Below, in pieces: positions 9,944 through 20,644 of a stretch of 64,000 bases of DNA. The first letter of the stretch is position 1. Each line of letters opens with the position of its first letter. Source of the DNA: a virus; the IMG/VR virus record IMGVR_UViG_3300030103_005357, positions 1 to 64,000 of that record; one strand, written 5' to 3'. A program made the translations under genes and the position numbers. Below the pieces are notes generated by a model that saw only the letters and a list, made by a program, of their open reading frames with translations, was not told the DNA's origin and searched no databases.

Positions 9944-11590
9944 ATGACTAATTACTATTGGCTAAATGATGACTCAAGACTATTTCTTGAGAGAGGCTAC
10001 CTAAAGAAAGGCGAAACTCCAGAGAAAAGAATTCGTGATATTGCAGAGACTGCTGAAGTATATCTCGGTATAGACGGTTTTGCTGATAAGTTTGAGGGTT
10101 ATATGAATCAGGGATTTTATTCCTTAGCTTCCCCTGTTTGGTCTAACTTTGGTCGTGATCGGGGCTTACCCATATCTTGCAATGGAGTTTATGTTCCTGA
10201 CAGAATGGATGGCATTTTAGCTAAACAGTCTGAGGTAGGCATGCAGACTAAGCATGGATCAGGGACTTCTGCTTACTTTGGTGATCTTCGTGAGCGTGGC
10301 GCATCAATTAATTCTGGTGGTGAATCATCTGGGGCAGTGCATTTTATGGAACTGTTCGATAAGGTTGCTGCTGTTGTTTCTCAAGGAAATGTCCGTCGTG
10401 GTTCCTTCGCTGCTTATCTCCCTATTGAGCATCCTGATGTAAAAGAGTTTCTCCGCATCAAGAGTGAGGGTAATGCGATTCAAGACATGTCTTTCGCTGT
10501 AACCATTACAGATGAATGGATGAAATCAATGATTGGGGGTGACTCTGACAAGCGTCAGATTTGGGCTTTAATCATCAAGAAGAGATTTGAAACTGGTTAT
10601 CCATACTTATTCTTCCAAGATACCGCCAACAATAACGCACCAGAATGTTATCAAGACAAAGACATGAAGATATATGCTTCTAATCTTTGTAATGAGATCA
10701 GCTTACCATCAAAAGAAGATGAATCTTTTGTTTGTTGTTTATCCTCTCTGAATCTAGTTAGATGGGATGACATTGTAAAGACTGACGCTGTTGAGACGTT
10801 AGTTGCGTTTCTTGATGCAGTGATGGAGGAATATATCCTAAAAACAAAGCGTATTCCATTCATGGAGTCTTCTCATAACTTTGCCAAGCGTCACAGAGCT
10901 TTAGGCATGGGAGTTCTTGGTTGGCACTCTTATCTACAAAGCAAGATGATTGGGTTTGAAAGTATGGAGGCTAAAATGCAGAATAGTTCTATTTGGAAGA
11001 CTATCCGTAACCGTGCAGATGAAGCTACATCAGAATTGGCGCGAGATTTAGGAGAGCCTATGTATTGTGAGGGGTATGGTCGTCGAAATACGACTACCCT
11101 AGCTATCGCTCCAACCACAAGTAGCTCGTTTATCTTGGGTCAGGTTTCTCCATCTATCGAACCTCTGAATGGCAATTATTTCACTAAAAATCTAGCTAAA
11201 GGAAAATTCACCTTCAAAAACCCTTACCTCAAAAAACTTCTATCTGAAAAAGGTCAGGATAATCAAGACACTTGGATGAGCATCCTTGAAACTGGTGGTT
11301 CTGTTCAGCACTTACTCTTCCTTTCGGACAAAGAAAAGGATGTATTCAAGACTTTTGGGGAAATAAGTCAAAAAGAAATTGTTATTCAAGCAGCTCAAAG
11401 GCAAAAGTATATTGACCAAGGGCAATCTCTGAATATTATGGTGGCTCCAAAAATCCCTGCAAAAGAAGTCAGTGACTTAATGATTTATGGCTGGGAGAAC
11501 GGATTGAAGGGGTTTTATTACCAGAGAAGTGCCAATCCTAGTCAAGAATTAGCAAGATCCATGATGGAATGTAAATCTTGTGAAGGTTGA
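9944..11590 (+). CDS. nrdA: Ribonucleotide reductase class Ia alpha subunit, no ATP cone
   Basis: ISC, SNLCNEI, APTTSSS, YY pair and terminal CKSCEG. Confidence 0.95.
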   Translation: MTNYYWLNDDSRLFLERGYLKKGETPEKRIRDIAETAEVYLGIDGFADKFEGYMNQGFYSLASPVWSNFGRDRGLPISCNGVYVPDRMDGILAKQSEVGMQTKHGSGTSAYFGDLRERGASINSGGESSGAVHFMELFDKVAAVVSQGNVRRGSFAAYLPIEHPDVKEFLRIKSEGNAIQDMSFAVTITDEWMKSMIGGDSDKRQIWALIIKKRFETGYPYLFFQDTANNNAPECYQDKDMKIYASNLCNEISLPSKEDESFVCCLSSLNLVRWDDIVKTDAVETLVAFLDAVMEEYILKTKRIPFMESSHNFAKRHRALGMGVLGWHSYLQSKMIGFESMEAKMQNSSIWKTIRNRADEATSELARDLGEPMYCEGYGRRNTTTLAIAPTTSSSFILGQVSPSIEPLNGNYFTKNLAKGKFTFKNPYLKKLLSEKGQDNQDTWMSILETGGSVQHLLFLSDKEKDVFKTFGEISQKEIVIQAAQRQKYIDQGQSLNIMVAPKIPAKEVSDLMIYGWENGLKGFYYQRSANPSQELARSMMECKSCEG

Positions 11591-11611
11591 TTTCATTTAT
11601 ATCTAAAATAA

Positions 11612-11617
11612 GTGTAA
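11612..11617 (+). promoter_or_regulatory. GTGTAA element
   Basis: 11 nt before ATG 11629. Confidence 0.6.
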
Positions 11618-11628
11618 AGGAAAATACA

Positions 11629-12603
11629 ATGGAGTTGGACTTTTCTAAGAAAATTAAAGAACTTTTGGAGCGATCTGAAGCTGCAAGGCGTAGTGGGCCA
11701 AAAAGTGGAGCGCAAACTCCTGCAAAACCATCAGAGCGCAAAAAAGGTTCTAGTAAGAATAAGAAGGGTTCTGCTGGAGGTAAAGGAGGTTCAATTACAT
11801 TTTCTGCAAAAGTTATTACTTCTCTTAAAAATAAAGTTAAAGAACATAACGACAAACACTCTAAAAAAGTCACCCTTGGCCAACTAAAGAAAATTTATCG
11901 TCGTGGCGCTGGCGCTTTTTCTTCCAGCCACCGCCCCGGAAAGACTAGAGGTCAGTGGGCTATGGCTCGCGTTAATATGTTCCTTAAAATGGTTAGGGGA
12001 GGTAAAGTTAAAAAGTCTTACCGTGCTGCTGATCAAGACGTAGCAAAAGGTTCTGAAGAGTATTACCTTGAAAAAGAAGGTGAAGCTTTTGTTGATTTTG
12101 CCGATATTGAGTTTGATATAGCTCACCTTGATCTAGTTATGGTTGGGGCTAATGAGTGGGAGCAAGATGATTCAACAGAAGATCTTGAGTTTTCAGAGGC
12201 TGAAAAAAAAACTTTAAATAAGCCCTTCCGACTAAAAGACGGTAAAAAGAAGTATGGGGTTTATGTCAAAAACCCAAAGACTGGTAATGTGATTATGGTC
12301 AAGTTTGGTGATCCCAACATGGAAATCAAACGTGATGACCCAGCTCGTCGTCGCAGCTTTAGAGCTAGACATAAATGCGATACCGCTAAAGATAAAACGA
12401 CTCCTCGTTATTGGAGTTGCAGGTTTTGGTCGAAAAAGCCTGTCAGCCAGATGGTTTCTAATGAAGTCCTAGCTTGGGATGAAGAAGAAGTTTATAGTGA
12501 GTGGGTTTGGGATGATGAAGGTTTCGCTGATCATCAAGATTTATTAAATGCTTTCCCTTTCTTAGAAAGTGTACGAGAAATTGTTGAAGAAGAAGAAGTT
12601 TAG
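11629..12603 (+). CDS. Modular basic/acidic phage protein of unknown function
   Basis: Start moved to ATG 11629. Contains YRRGAGAF..SHRPG..QWAMARVN and KFGDPNMEIKRDDPARRRSFRARHKC..RYWSC modules that I recall from other large viruses. Confidence 0.6.
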   Translation: MELDFSKKIKELLERSEAARRSGPKSGAQTPAKPSERKKGSSKNKKGSAGGKGGSITFSAKVITSLKNKVKEHNDKHSKKVTLGQLKKIYRRGAGAFSSSHRPGKTRGQWAMARVNMFLKMVRGGKVKKSYRAADQDVAKGSEEYYLEKEGEAFVDFADIEFDIAHLDLVMVGANEWEQDDSTEDLEFSEAEKKTLNKPFRLKDGKKKYGVYVKNPKTGNVIMVKFGDPNMEIKRDDPARRRSFRARHKCDTAKDKTTPRYWSCRFWSKKPVSQMVSNEVLAWDEEEVYSEWVWDDEGFADHQDLLNAFPFLESVREIVEEEEV

Positions 12604-12621
12604 GCTATAATCATGCATTGC

Positions 12622-13332
12622 ATGAAGCCTAGAGTATCTATAATAACTTCTATTTACAAAGCTTCTGATTTTCTGTATGATTTCCTGATTGATGCAAAAC
12701 GTCAATTTATTTTTCCAGAATCAGAAGTTTTACTTCTAGATGCTAATCCTGAAGGTTATGAGCAGGACTATGAAATTATAAAACCATTTTTAAATCTACA
12801 CCCATTTAAATATTCCAAGATTGGAGAGTGTAATGTTTATGAAGCTTGGAATAAAGGTATAGAATTGTCCTCAAGCGATATTATCTGTAATTGGAATGTA
12901 GATGACAGAAGAGAGGTAACTTCACTAAAGAAGCAAGTTCACTTTTTAGAAAATAATCCAGATTCTGATGTTTGCTATGGTACTGTTAATGTCAGTTCAG
13001 AACCTAACGAGGTTTTTGAATATTCAAACAGCACTAAAATATGGCCTTGTTTAGATGGCTCTATAGAGAACCAAATGTTAAATAATTCTCCTCATTGTTT
13101 TCCTGTATGGAGAAAATCTATACACGATAGGTTTGGTCTCTTCGACACTTCTTATTTTTCAAGTGCTGACTACGATATGTGGTTCAGAGTTTTAATTGGA
13201 GGGGGGAAGCTAAGCAAAATGGACGATATTATCGGTTTATATTACGCAAACCCGAATTCGATTTCTAGAAAAAAAGAAACACTTGAAAAGGCTGTTAACG
13301 AAGTCATGGAGATAAGACGAAAATATTCATGA
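12622..13332 (+). CDS. GT2 family glycosyltransferase
   Basis: VSIITSIY, NVYEAWNKGI, NVDD, ADYDMW. Start moved to ATG 12622 because TATAAT abuts ATG 12613. Confidence 0.85.
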   Translation: MKPRVSIITSIYKASDFLYDFLIDAKRQFIFPESEVLLLDANPEGYEQDYEIIKPFLNLHPFKYSKIGECNVYEAWNKGIELSSSDIICNWNVDDRREVTSLKKQVHFLENNPDSDVCYGTVNVSSEPNEVFEYSNSTKIWPCLDGSIENQMLNNSPHCFPVWRKSIHDRFGLFDTSYFSSADYDMWFRVLIGGGKLSKMDDIIGLYYANPNSISRKKETLEKAVNEVMEIRRKYS

Positions 13333-13988
13333 AAAAAATAATTTCTTATTCACTTTGGGGCGATAATCCTAAATATTGCGTTGGGGCTGTTAAAAATGCA
13401 GAACTCAGGAAGCGTTTTTATCCAGATTGGATATCTAGATTTTATGTTCATAAAAACGTTGATAAAACGTATGTAGATCAATTAAAATCTGTAGAAGGCA
13501 CAGAGGTTATCATAAAAACTAATAAAGCTGACTGGACTGGAATGTTTTGGAGGTTTGAAGCCATTTCTGACAATGATGTTTCTATCATGATCTGTAGGGA
13601 TACAGATAGCAGACTCTCTCTTAGGGAATCTTCAGCTGTAAAAGAGTTTGAAGAAAGCGGGATGGTTTTTCATATTATGAGAGATCACCCTTATCATAAT
13701 GCATTTGTTCTTGGTGGGATGTTTGGTGTCAAAAAAGGTTTGATAGATGATATGAAAGATTTATGTGATGATTTCTATCAAACAGATGATTACGGCACAG
13801 ATTATAAATTTTTTAACTCAATCAAAAATAGGATACCTGCATTCCTAACAATGGTTCACGATGAGTTTAGGGGTGGTCTAAATTTCCCCACAGAAAGAGT
13901 GGGGTTAGAATTTGTCGGTGAGGTTTATGATGAAAATGAAAACTATATAGAAGAACATAAAACACCCTTAATGAACTCCCTAAAATGA
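13329..13988 (+). CDS. Putative GT-A glycosyltransferase-like protein
   Basis: ISYSLWG..KY, GMFWRF, CRDTDSR (DxD), MRDHPYH..LGGMFG. Confidence 0.6.
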   Translation: MKKIISYSLWGDNPKYCVGAVKNAELRKRFYPDWISRFYVHKNVDKTYVDQLKSVEGTEVIIKTNKADWTGMFWRFEAISDNDVSIMICRDTDSRLSLRESSAVKEFEESGMVFHIMRDHPYHNAFVLGGMFGVKKGLIDDMKDLCDDFYQTDDYGTDYKFFNSIKNRIPAFLTMVHDEFRGGLNFPTERVGLEFVGEVYDENENYIEEHKTPLMNSLK

Positions 13989-14818
13989 ATAATATACTCA
14001 TTACAGGTTCTTCTGGCTATATAGGTTCTCATCTTTTAAAAAAGATACAGAGTTGTTTTTTAACTGATGTTTGCGGCTTAGATAAAGAAAACCCTGATAA
14101 GGTTTATCCCGATAAATTTTATTATGGAGACATTAGGAATGATAAGTATGTAAAATACAAAGACCCCTTTGAATGCGTTATTCATTTGGCGGCTGAAATG
14201 AGAGTTGGCGAGTCGGTAAAAGATCCTATATTATATTACGAGACCAATGTTTTGGGTACTTTAAATGTTTTAAAAAATATTAAAACTAAACATTTTATTT
14301 TCGCATCAACTGGAGCGGCAGAAGGTTTAGCTTCCCCATATGGGCTTTCTAAAAAAGCAGCAGAAGAAATAGTTATTCAATATTGCACCGAAAACAATAT
14401 TGATTATACAATATTTAGATTTTACAATGTGATTGGTTCGGATGGCATTTCTATTAAAAATCCTGATGGATTATTTTACAATCTTTTAAAATCAAAAGAC
14501 ACAGGAGTATTTACAATTTTTGGGAACGACTACGATACTGAAGATGGAACCTGCATAAGAGATTATGTTCATGTGAACGAAATCTGTGAATCGATAATTT
14601 CTGCTGTAGAAAAACCAGCTAATCAAATTGAAAATTTAGGGCATGGAAGAGGAACCTCTGTGCTAGAGATGTTTAACATTTTTAGAAAAGTGAATAATCT
14701 TAATGTGTCTTTGCAATATGGCCCTCGTAGAAAAGGCGACATTGCAATAAGTGTCTTAAAAAACAAAAGCTCATACATTAAAGATATTTATTCTATAGAA
14801 GATTTATTGACGTTATGA
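13985..14818 (+). CDS. NDP-sugar 4-epimerase (GalE-like extended SDR)
   Basis: TGSSGYIG, YGLSK, FRFYNVIG, DGTCIRDYVHV. Confidence 0.88.
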   Translation: MNNILITGSSGYIGSHLLKKIQSCFLTDVCGLDKENPDKVYPDKFYYGDIRNDKYVKYKDPFECVIHLAAEMRVGESVKDPILYYETNVLGTLNVLKNIKTKHFIFASTGAAEGLASPYGLSKKAAEEIVIQYCTENNIDYTIFRFYNVIGSDGISIKNPDGLFYNLLKSKDTGVFTIFGNDYDTEDGTCIRDYVHVNEICESIISAVEKPANQIENLGHGRGTSVLEMFNIFRKVNNLNVSLQYGPRRKGDIAISVLKNKSSYIKDIYSIEDLLTL

Positions 14819-15765
14819 AATTGTTCAATATAGATTGTCATATATCAGTAATATCTGACATAAAAAATATATTTGAATCTTTGGGTAATCAAGTAGATCA
14901 TTGGTCTTTATCTGGTCATCGTTGGGTTTTTGATTTTGATAAATGTAAATCTCCAATTATCAATGAAGCTAATTGGACGAACTTAAATCAAGAAATGGTT
15001 GATCAATTTTATGACCATCATAAAGAAGATTTAGACAGTTATGACGCTTTTATATGCGCTTACCCACCGTGTTTTTTAAAGCTGTTTGAAAAATTCAACA
15101 AACCCATAATAGTAATAGCGGCGACGAGGTACGATCACCCATTCACTAATGATCAAACAAGGCTTGACTGGCTGGAGGACTCTTTAAAGAACAATAAAAA
15201 TTTAATACTGACGGCAAATAATCAGTTTGATCAAAAATATTGTGAACATTTTTTAGGAAACAAGTGGGAGTGGATACCCAGCCTGTGCGACTATACAGAA
15301 TCCAAGTATAATCCAAAAAAACAACAATCAATATTATTTAGCAAATTCAATGCTGACTTAGGATCGAATGTGTTACACCAGTCAAGCTTAGGAAATTATT
15401 CTTGGAAAGATTTATATTCCTACAAGAGCATTATCCATATGCCCTACAATATCTCAACTATGTCTATATTTGAGCAATATCAGGCTGGAGTTCCGTTAAA
15501 TATTCCTAGTCTAAACTTTTTATTAGAACTCATAGATCAGGGTTATCCAGTGTTGACAGAGATAACATTCCCCACGAATGACCCAAAAAGAAATCGGGAA
15601 AAGTTCCTAAAAAAAGAATGGTTACAATATTCGGACTTTTATAATGGGACGGTGAAATGCAATTACCTTGACAAAAATTTTAAATTGAAATATAATGTAG
15701 CCAACACATCTAACAAAGATTCCATTTTTTCTAAATGGGAAAAAATCCTAGAGAAAATAAAATGA
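14815..15765 (+). CDS. Putative glycosyltransferase-like protein
   Basis: HMPYNISTMSIFEQYQAGVP resembles a GT-B C-terminal motif; cluster context. Confidence 0.5.
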   Translation: MKLFNIDCHISVISDIKNIFESLGNQVDHWSLSGHRWVFDFDKCKSPIINEANWTNLNQEMVDQFYDHHKEDLDSYDAFICAYPPCFLKLFEKFNKPIIVIAATRYDHPFTNDQTRLDWLEDSLKNNKNLILTANNQFDQKYCEHFLGNKWEWIPSLCDYTESKYNPKKQQSILFSKFNADLGSNVLHQSSLGNYSWKDLYSYKSIIHMPYNISTMSIFEQYQAGVPLNIPSLNFLLELIDQGYPVLTEITFPTNDPKRNREKFLKKEWLQYSDFYNGTVKCNYLDKNFKLKYNVANTSNKDSIFSKWEKILEKIK

Positions 15766-16343
15766 GTGGACAGATAAATAGAGGCAGTCAGTTAGGAGAA
15801 TTAATTTTTAATTTGGTCAAAAACAAAGATTACAAAAAGTTTCTAGAAATAGGGACTTGGAACGGCCAAGGAAGCACAAAATGTTTTATAGACGCTTTAT
15901 TGGAAAGAGACGATGATTACTCATTCACTTCTATCGAAGCAGATATTGGATTTTACGATCAAGCAGTAAATTTCCATAAAAATAATTTGTCGTCTAAAAT
16001 TAAAATTATACATGGCACTATAATCAATGATTCAGATCTAATCCAGCCAAACTCTAACGAGGAAAAGAAATGGTTAGATAACGATTTAAAAAATTATAAA
16101 AATTGCCGAAATGTATGGGGAGATATACAAACAGAATTCGATGTTGTCCTTTTGGATGGAGGAGAATTTTCTACACATCAAGAGTTTTTAAAATTAAAAG
16201 ACTCAACAAAAGTTTTCATATTAGACGATACAAAAATGGCCAAAACTAGTCAAGTATTGAAGGATTTAAGTGATGACCCTAGCTGGGCTTTAAATTGCTC
16301 TTCAAAAGATAGGAATGGTTTTGCGATCTTTACTAAAAAATGA
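15762..16343 (+). CDS. Class I SAM-dependent methyltransferase-like protein
   Basis: FLEIGTWNGQGST, FDVVLLDGGE, ILDDT; ATGA-coupled start. Confidence 0.75.
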   Translation: MSGQINRGSQLGELIFNLVKNKDYKKFLEIGTWNGQGSTKCFIDALLERDDDYSFTSIEADIGFYDQAVNFHKNNLSSKIKIIHGTIINDSDLIQPNSNEEKKWLDNDLKNYKNCRNVWGDIQTEFDVVLLDGGEFSTHQEFLKLKDSTKVFILDDTKMAKTSQVLKDLSDDPSWALNCSSKDRNGFAIFTKK

Positions 16344-17137
16344 ATACGTTACAGATAAATAAAATCTCCAAACTGCATAACGGTAAGGATATTTTTTTCT
16401 GTAAAACTGATTTTATAGAGGAAGCTTTTATTAAAATACAGAACACTAAAAATGATGTAATATTTATTTCTGGGAATAGTGATTACTGCATAGATAACAG
16501 CTTGGTCAAAAAAGCCCCCAAAAATATAAAAAAATGGTTTTGCCAAAACAGGCTTTCTGATGATGGTTTACTAGAGTCCATTCCGATAGGAATAGAGAAC
16601 GCAGTTCCATGTTCGATTGATGGTCATGGATACGTTTGGCCTCACGCAATAGAAAAGCCATCTATAATTAATCGTTTAAAAAACGAAGCTATACAAAACT
16701 GCATTAATTTGATCTATTCTAATTTTAATGTAAATACTAATCCAGCTCATAGAAATGAAATAAAACAATACATATCTAAATTAGATCACATAACTAAAGA
16801 AGAGTGTACTCTAAATTACGAGGATTTCGTAAAGGGTATATTGTCTCATGAAGCTGTCTTATGCCCTCAAGGTAATGGGGAAGGAGATAATCATAGAATA
16901 TACGAAACACTTCATTTAGGAAAAGTTCCAATAACTTTTAATAACAAACAATTCAAATACTTACATCATAAATTTCCAGTTGTATTAATTGAAAATATCA
17001 AAGAGTTGAGTGATAAATATCTCATCGAAAATAAGATACGCGAAGCTCAGAGTAAATTCGATGATAAATATTTAGATGCAAATTACTGGATTGACAAAAT
17101 AAAAAATGAAGCGCAAAAACGTAATACTACTAGGTAA
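16340..17137 (+). CDS. Exostosin-like (GT47-type) glycosyltransferase
   Basis: VLCPQGNGEGDNHRIYETLHLGKVPI. Confidence 0.65.
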   Translation: MNTLQINKISKLHNGKDIFFCKTDFIEEAFIKIQNTKNDVIFISGNSDYCIDNSLVKKAPKNIKKWFCQNRLSDDGLLESIPIGIENAVPCSIDGHGYVWPHAIEKPSIINRLKNEAIQNCINLIYSNFNVNTNPAHRNEIKQYISKLDHITKEECTLNYEDFVKGILSHEAVLCPQGNGEGDNHRIYETLHLGKVPITFNNKQFKYLHHKFPVVLIENIKELSDKYLIENKIREAQSKFDDKYLDANYWIDKIKNEAQKRNTTR

Positions 17138-17732
17138 AGGCTCTTTGGCTATAAAAATAGCAGAATGGTTTAAAAACAATCACAACTTAGTCGCTGTGAT
17201 TCCAGATATGCCAGAGCCTGATTGGTCAGACTCTCTTGTAAATTGGTGCAAGAATAATAACGTTAAGTTTATAGAATCTGGAAATCACGAAGATTTAGAT
17301 GCAGATATTACTATTGATTTGGCAATGTCTGTTTTCTATGGTAAAATTATAAAAAAATCTTTCATTTCTAGGTGTGACTCGATTATAAATCTTCATAATG
17401 CTCCTCTACCTAAATACAGAGGTGTTCGCCCAATAAACTGGGCGCTTAAAAATAAGGAAAGAGAGCATGGCGTAACTATACATAAAATTCACGAAGGTAT
17501 TGATGATGGAGATATATTAGGATTAGTTAAATACCCTATTTATCCTGAGATTGAAGAAGTGGGCGATGTGTACAAAAAAGCTTTAGATTATGGATGGCTA
17601 CTTTTCAAAGATGTAGCAACAAAGCTTGATTATTGCCTCTCGACTGCATCTCCACAATCTGAAGAATTTACCTACTATTCTAACAAGCAAAATCACCTGC
17701 TAGGTGATAGATCTAACTTCACAAGACAATGA
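17106..17732 (+). CDS. Sugar N-formyltransferase (N10-formyl-THF dependent)
   Basis: INLHNAPLPKYRG..PINWAL, GVTIH, GIDDGDI; no tRNA-binding C-domain as in Fmt. Confidence 0.85.
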   Translation: MKRKNVILLGKGSLAIKIAEWFKNNHNLVAVIPDMPEPDWSDSLVNWCKNNNVKFIESGNHEDLDADITIDLAMSVFYGKIIKKSFISRCDSIINLHNAPLPKYRGVRPINWALKNKEREHGVTIHKIHEGIDDGDILGLVKYPIYPEIEEVGDVYKKALDYGWLLFKDVATKLDYCLSTASPQSEEFTYYSNKQNHLLGDRSNFTRQ

Positions 17733-18679
17733 TAAGTGTAGATGTAGTTTGCTGGGATTCTAATCTGTATGTTCCACCGATATGGAATGACATACAAGCT
17801 CAGTCCTTAAACAATCATCCTGAATTTAGAATAAATAACATATTCACTACCGCACCTAGTCACGGACTAAATCAAACGCTTTTCAGAGAATCTCAGGCAG
17901 ACATTCTTATTTCCATATGCCCAGATCAACACCCTTTCGGTTTTTCTGTTCAAGATATTCAAAAATATAAAAAGATAGTATTTATTGAAGTCGAACCTAT
18001 TTATAATACAAATGCTATGAGCTTAGCTGCTCATAATAGATTTATATCTGAATGCAAAGGCGTTATTAGAGAGGACGATGTGATTTACTATTGCTCCAAC
18101 CTAGACAGGGATCTTAGTCAAATGCCTTGCGTGAAAAAATCTTGGCATTCAGGTTTAAACTTATTTTTTCCTGAAAAACCCGCAAGAGAAAATAAAAAAA
18201 TGCAGATAATCACCGATGCATCAGTAATTAACGCATGGAATGGTAGAAAATATTTTTTTGATAAATTCAACTCAATAGAAAATTTAACTAAAATAATGCA
18301 TGTGGAATCACCAGATTGGGGATCTACAAGTCAATTAATATCAGAATCTAAAATATATCTAATCCCCCCACACCCATTAATTATCCACTGGCTTAGGTTT
18401 TCTAGAGCTTTACATTTAGGAGCTTTACCAGTTGTTGTTAACTATGATGGATGGCTTGAGGATAAAAATATCCAAAACGCTTATGAAGATATAATTAATG
18501 AAAACGGCAAAACTTGTTTATTAACTAATTTGGGCGAATTTGACAAAACTATCGAACTACTAAGAGATGAAGACTATGTAGATTCTTTATTAGACAATAT
18601 TTATAATAAAGATTTATACGAATATAGTATCGAAAGTGTGTGGAATAATTTGTATAAACATTTAAAATCTTGTATATGA
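17729..18679 (+). CDS. Hypothetical, possibly glycosyltransferase-like
   Basis: Weak GT-B-like C-terminus (RFSRALHLGALPVV); cluster context. Confidence 0.4.
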   Translation: MISVDVVCWDSNLYVPPIWNDIQAQSLNNHPEFRINNIFTTAPSHGLNQTLFRESQADILISICPDQHPFGFSVQDIQKYKKIVFIEVEPIYNTNAMSLAAHNRFISECKGVIREDDVIYYCSNLDRDLSQMPCVKKSWHSGLNLFFPEKPARENKKMQIITDASVINAWNGRKYFFDKFNSIENLTKIMHVESPDWGSTSQLISESKIYLIPPHPLIIHWLRFSRALHLGALPVVVNYDGWLEDKNIQNAYEDIINENGKTCLLTNLGEFDKTIELLRDEDYVDSLLDNIYNKDLYEYSIESVWNNLYKHLKSCI

Positions 18680-19509
18680 AAATAGGGATTATAGGAATGG
18701 GTTACTGGGGGAAGATCATCCTTAGAAATTTAATCGAACTGGGTTACTCAGATATAATCGTCTGTGAACAAAGAGAGATAGATTGGTCATCCATAGGTTC
18801 TAAATTCCATGTTGAAAAAGATTACAAAAAATTAGAGTGTGATAAGGTCTTTGTTCTCACTCCAGCAACAACTCACTACGAGATTTGCGATCACTTCTTA
18901 TCTAAGGGCGTTGATGTTTTTTGCGAAAAACCTTTAGACCAGAATATCGATAGGTGTAAAAAACTTTTTGAGCTAGCTCGTAAGAAAAATGCGATTTTGT
19001 TTGTGGACTGGTTATTCTCTTTCAATCCTGCTGTGCATCAAATCAAGTCCCTAATAAAACAGCTTGGAAAACCAACCAATATTATAGCGAACCGAATGAA
19101 CTTTGGTCCAGAAAGATTTGATGTAAATGCTAGGTGGGATTTGGCATCTCACGATGTCTCAATCGCTTGTTTTCTTCTAGATGAAAATCCTGAAAGCGTA
19201 AAGTGGTTGGATTTTAAAAGAAACGCAAAATCCAAACAAGATGACAGTGTTGTAGGGATTTTATCTTTTGAGCAAACATGTGTTCAAATTAATGCAAGCT
19301 GGTCTTACAACATAAAAAATAGACTATATACGATTGAATTTGATGAAGGGTTTTTATATTGGGATGATTCTAACCAGTCTATCTTATTCAACTCTGAACA
19401 GATTAATGTTAGTAAGCAGTCTCCACTACACAATTCAATAAATGAATTTTTCTCTAGGAAGTCAAATGAAGAACTTACCGAAGTAATCACTAATATTTTA
19501 AATAAATGA
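18676..19509 (+). CDS. Gfo/Idh/MocA oxidoreductase (NDP-sugar 3-dehydrogenase-like)
   Basis: GIIGMGYWG, TPATTHY, FCEKP, WDLASHD. Confidence 0.9.
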   Translation: MKIGIIGMGYWGKIILRNLIELGYSDIIVCEQREIDWSSIGSKFHVEKDYKKLECDKVFVLTPATTHYEICDHFLSKGVDVFCEKPLDQNIDRCKKLFELARKKNAILFVDWLFSFNPAVHQIKSLIKQLGKPTNIIANRMNFGPERFDVNARWDLASHDVSIACFLLDENPESVKWLDFKRNAKSKQDDSVVGILSFEQTCVQINASWSYNIKNRLYTIEFDEGFLYWDDSNQSILFNSEQINVSKQSPLHNSINEFFSRKSNEELTEVITNILNK

Positions 19510-20609
19510 ACGTACAATTTAATGATTTAAAAAGCCAATGGAACTTGATTAAAAATGATTGTTTAAGTGACATAAATTCACTTTTTGAAAACTCAAATTT
19601 TATTCTTGGTAAGCAGGTTAATGAATTCGAAAAAGAATTCGCTCAGTTTATTGGTTGTAAATATGCTATTGGCGTATCAAATGGAACTGATGCCATCAAA
19701 TTAGCAGCACAATCCCTAAATTTAAAAGGTAAAAATTTATTTATAATACCATCAAACACTTTTGTAGCAACCATTTTTGGGGTCGAACAAGCTTATCCAG
19801 AGGCGACTTTTGAAATGATTGATTGTAATGAATACCATCAGTTAGATATGGATTTGCTGGAATCTAGGTTGTCTGCTGTTGGTCATGAATACGATAATGT
19901 AGTTGTTGTGCCTGTCCATCTTTATGGCTATACTGTTGACATGGATAAGCTGCAATCCATTACAAATAATTACAATTGCCTTGTTTTAGAAGACGCATCT
20001 CAATCTCATGGGGCAGAATATAAAAATCAAAAAACAGGTTCTATTGGAGATGTTTCCGCTTTCTCTTTATACCCGGGTAAAAATTTAGGTGCAGCGGGAG
20101 ATGCGGGAGTAATAACAACTAACAATTCCGACATTTATCATAAATTACTAAAATTGAGAAATCTTGGGTCATCAAAAAAATACATACATACGTTAAAAGG
20201 ATTTAATAATAGGCTTGATACTATACAAGCGATAATATTAAAACACAAATTAAAATTTTTAGATGAATGGAATCAAGCTAGAAGAGATGTCGTGAAGCTA
20301 TTTGAATCTAAGATAACTAACTCTTCGATTGTTAAACCTAAAACGCCAAAAAACTGCCTTCCAGTTCACCATATTTATCCTATTTTAACTGATGATCGAC
20401 AGGGTTTTATAAACTACTTAAACGAAAAAGGTATCCAAAGCGGAATCCACTATCCAATTATAATAAACAAAATGGAAATGTATTCAGATAAGTTCAGTTT
20501 ACATAATAACGCTTATGAGTTTAGCCAAAAAATGGTTAGTCTGCCAATACATCCATTTTTAAATGATAATCAGGTTGAATATATTTGCGATCAAATAAAT
20601 AAATATTGA
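19506..20609 (+). CDS. DegT/DnrJ/EryC1/StrS PLP sugar aminotransferase
   Basis: SNGTDA, VHLYG, EDASQSHGA, FSLYPGKNLGAAGDAG. Confidence 0.93.
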   Translation: MNVQFNDLKSQWNLIKNDCLSDINSLFENSNFILGKQVNEFEKEFAQFIGCKYAIGVSNGTDAIKLAAQSLNLKGKNLFIIPSNTFVATIFGVEQAYPEATFEMIDCNEYHQLDMDLLESRLSAVGHEYDNVVVVPVHLYGYTVDMDKLQSITNNYNCLVLEDASQSHGAEYKNQKTGSIGDVSAFSLYPGKNLGAAGDAGVITTNNSDIYHKLLKLRNLGSSKKYIHTLKGFNNRLDTIQAIILKHKLKFLDEWNQARRDVVKLFESKITNSSIVKPKTPKNCLPVHHIYPILTDDRQGFINYLNEKGIQSGIHYPIIINKMEMYSDKFSLHNNAYEFSQKMVSLPIHPFLNDNQVEYICDQINKY

Positions 20610-20644
20610 TAAACATTTCACATGAATTATAATACTCAGAAATA

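Noticed and set aside
17106-17732. Methionyl-tRNA formyltransferase (fmt)
   Set aside because: Too short, lacks the C-terminal tRNA-binding domain, and sits in a sugar cluster.
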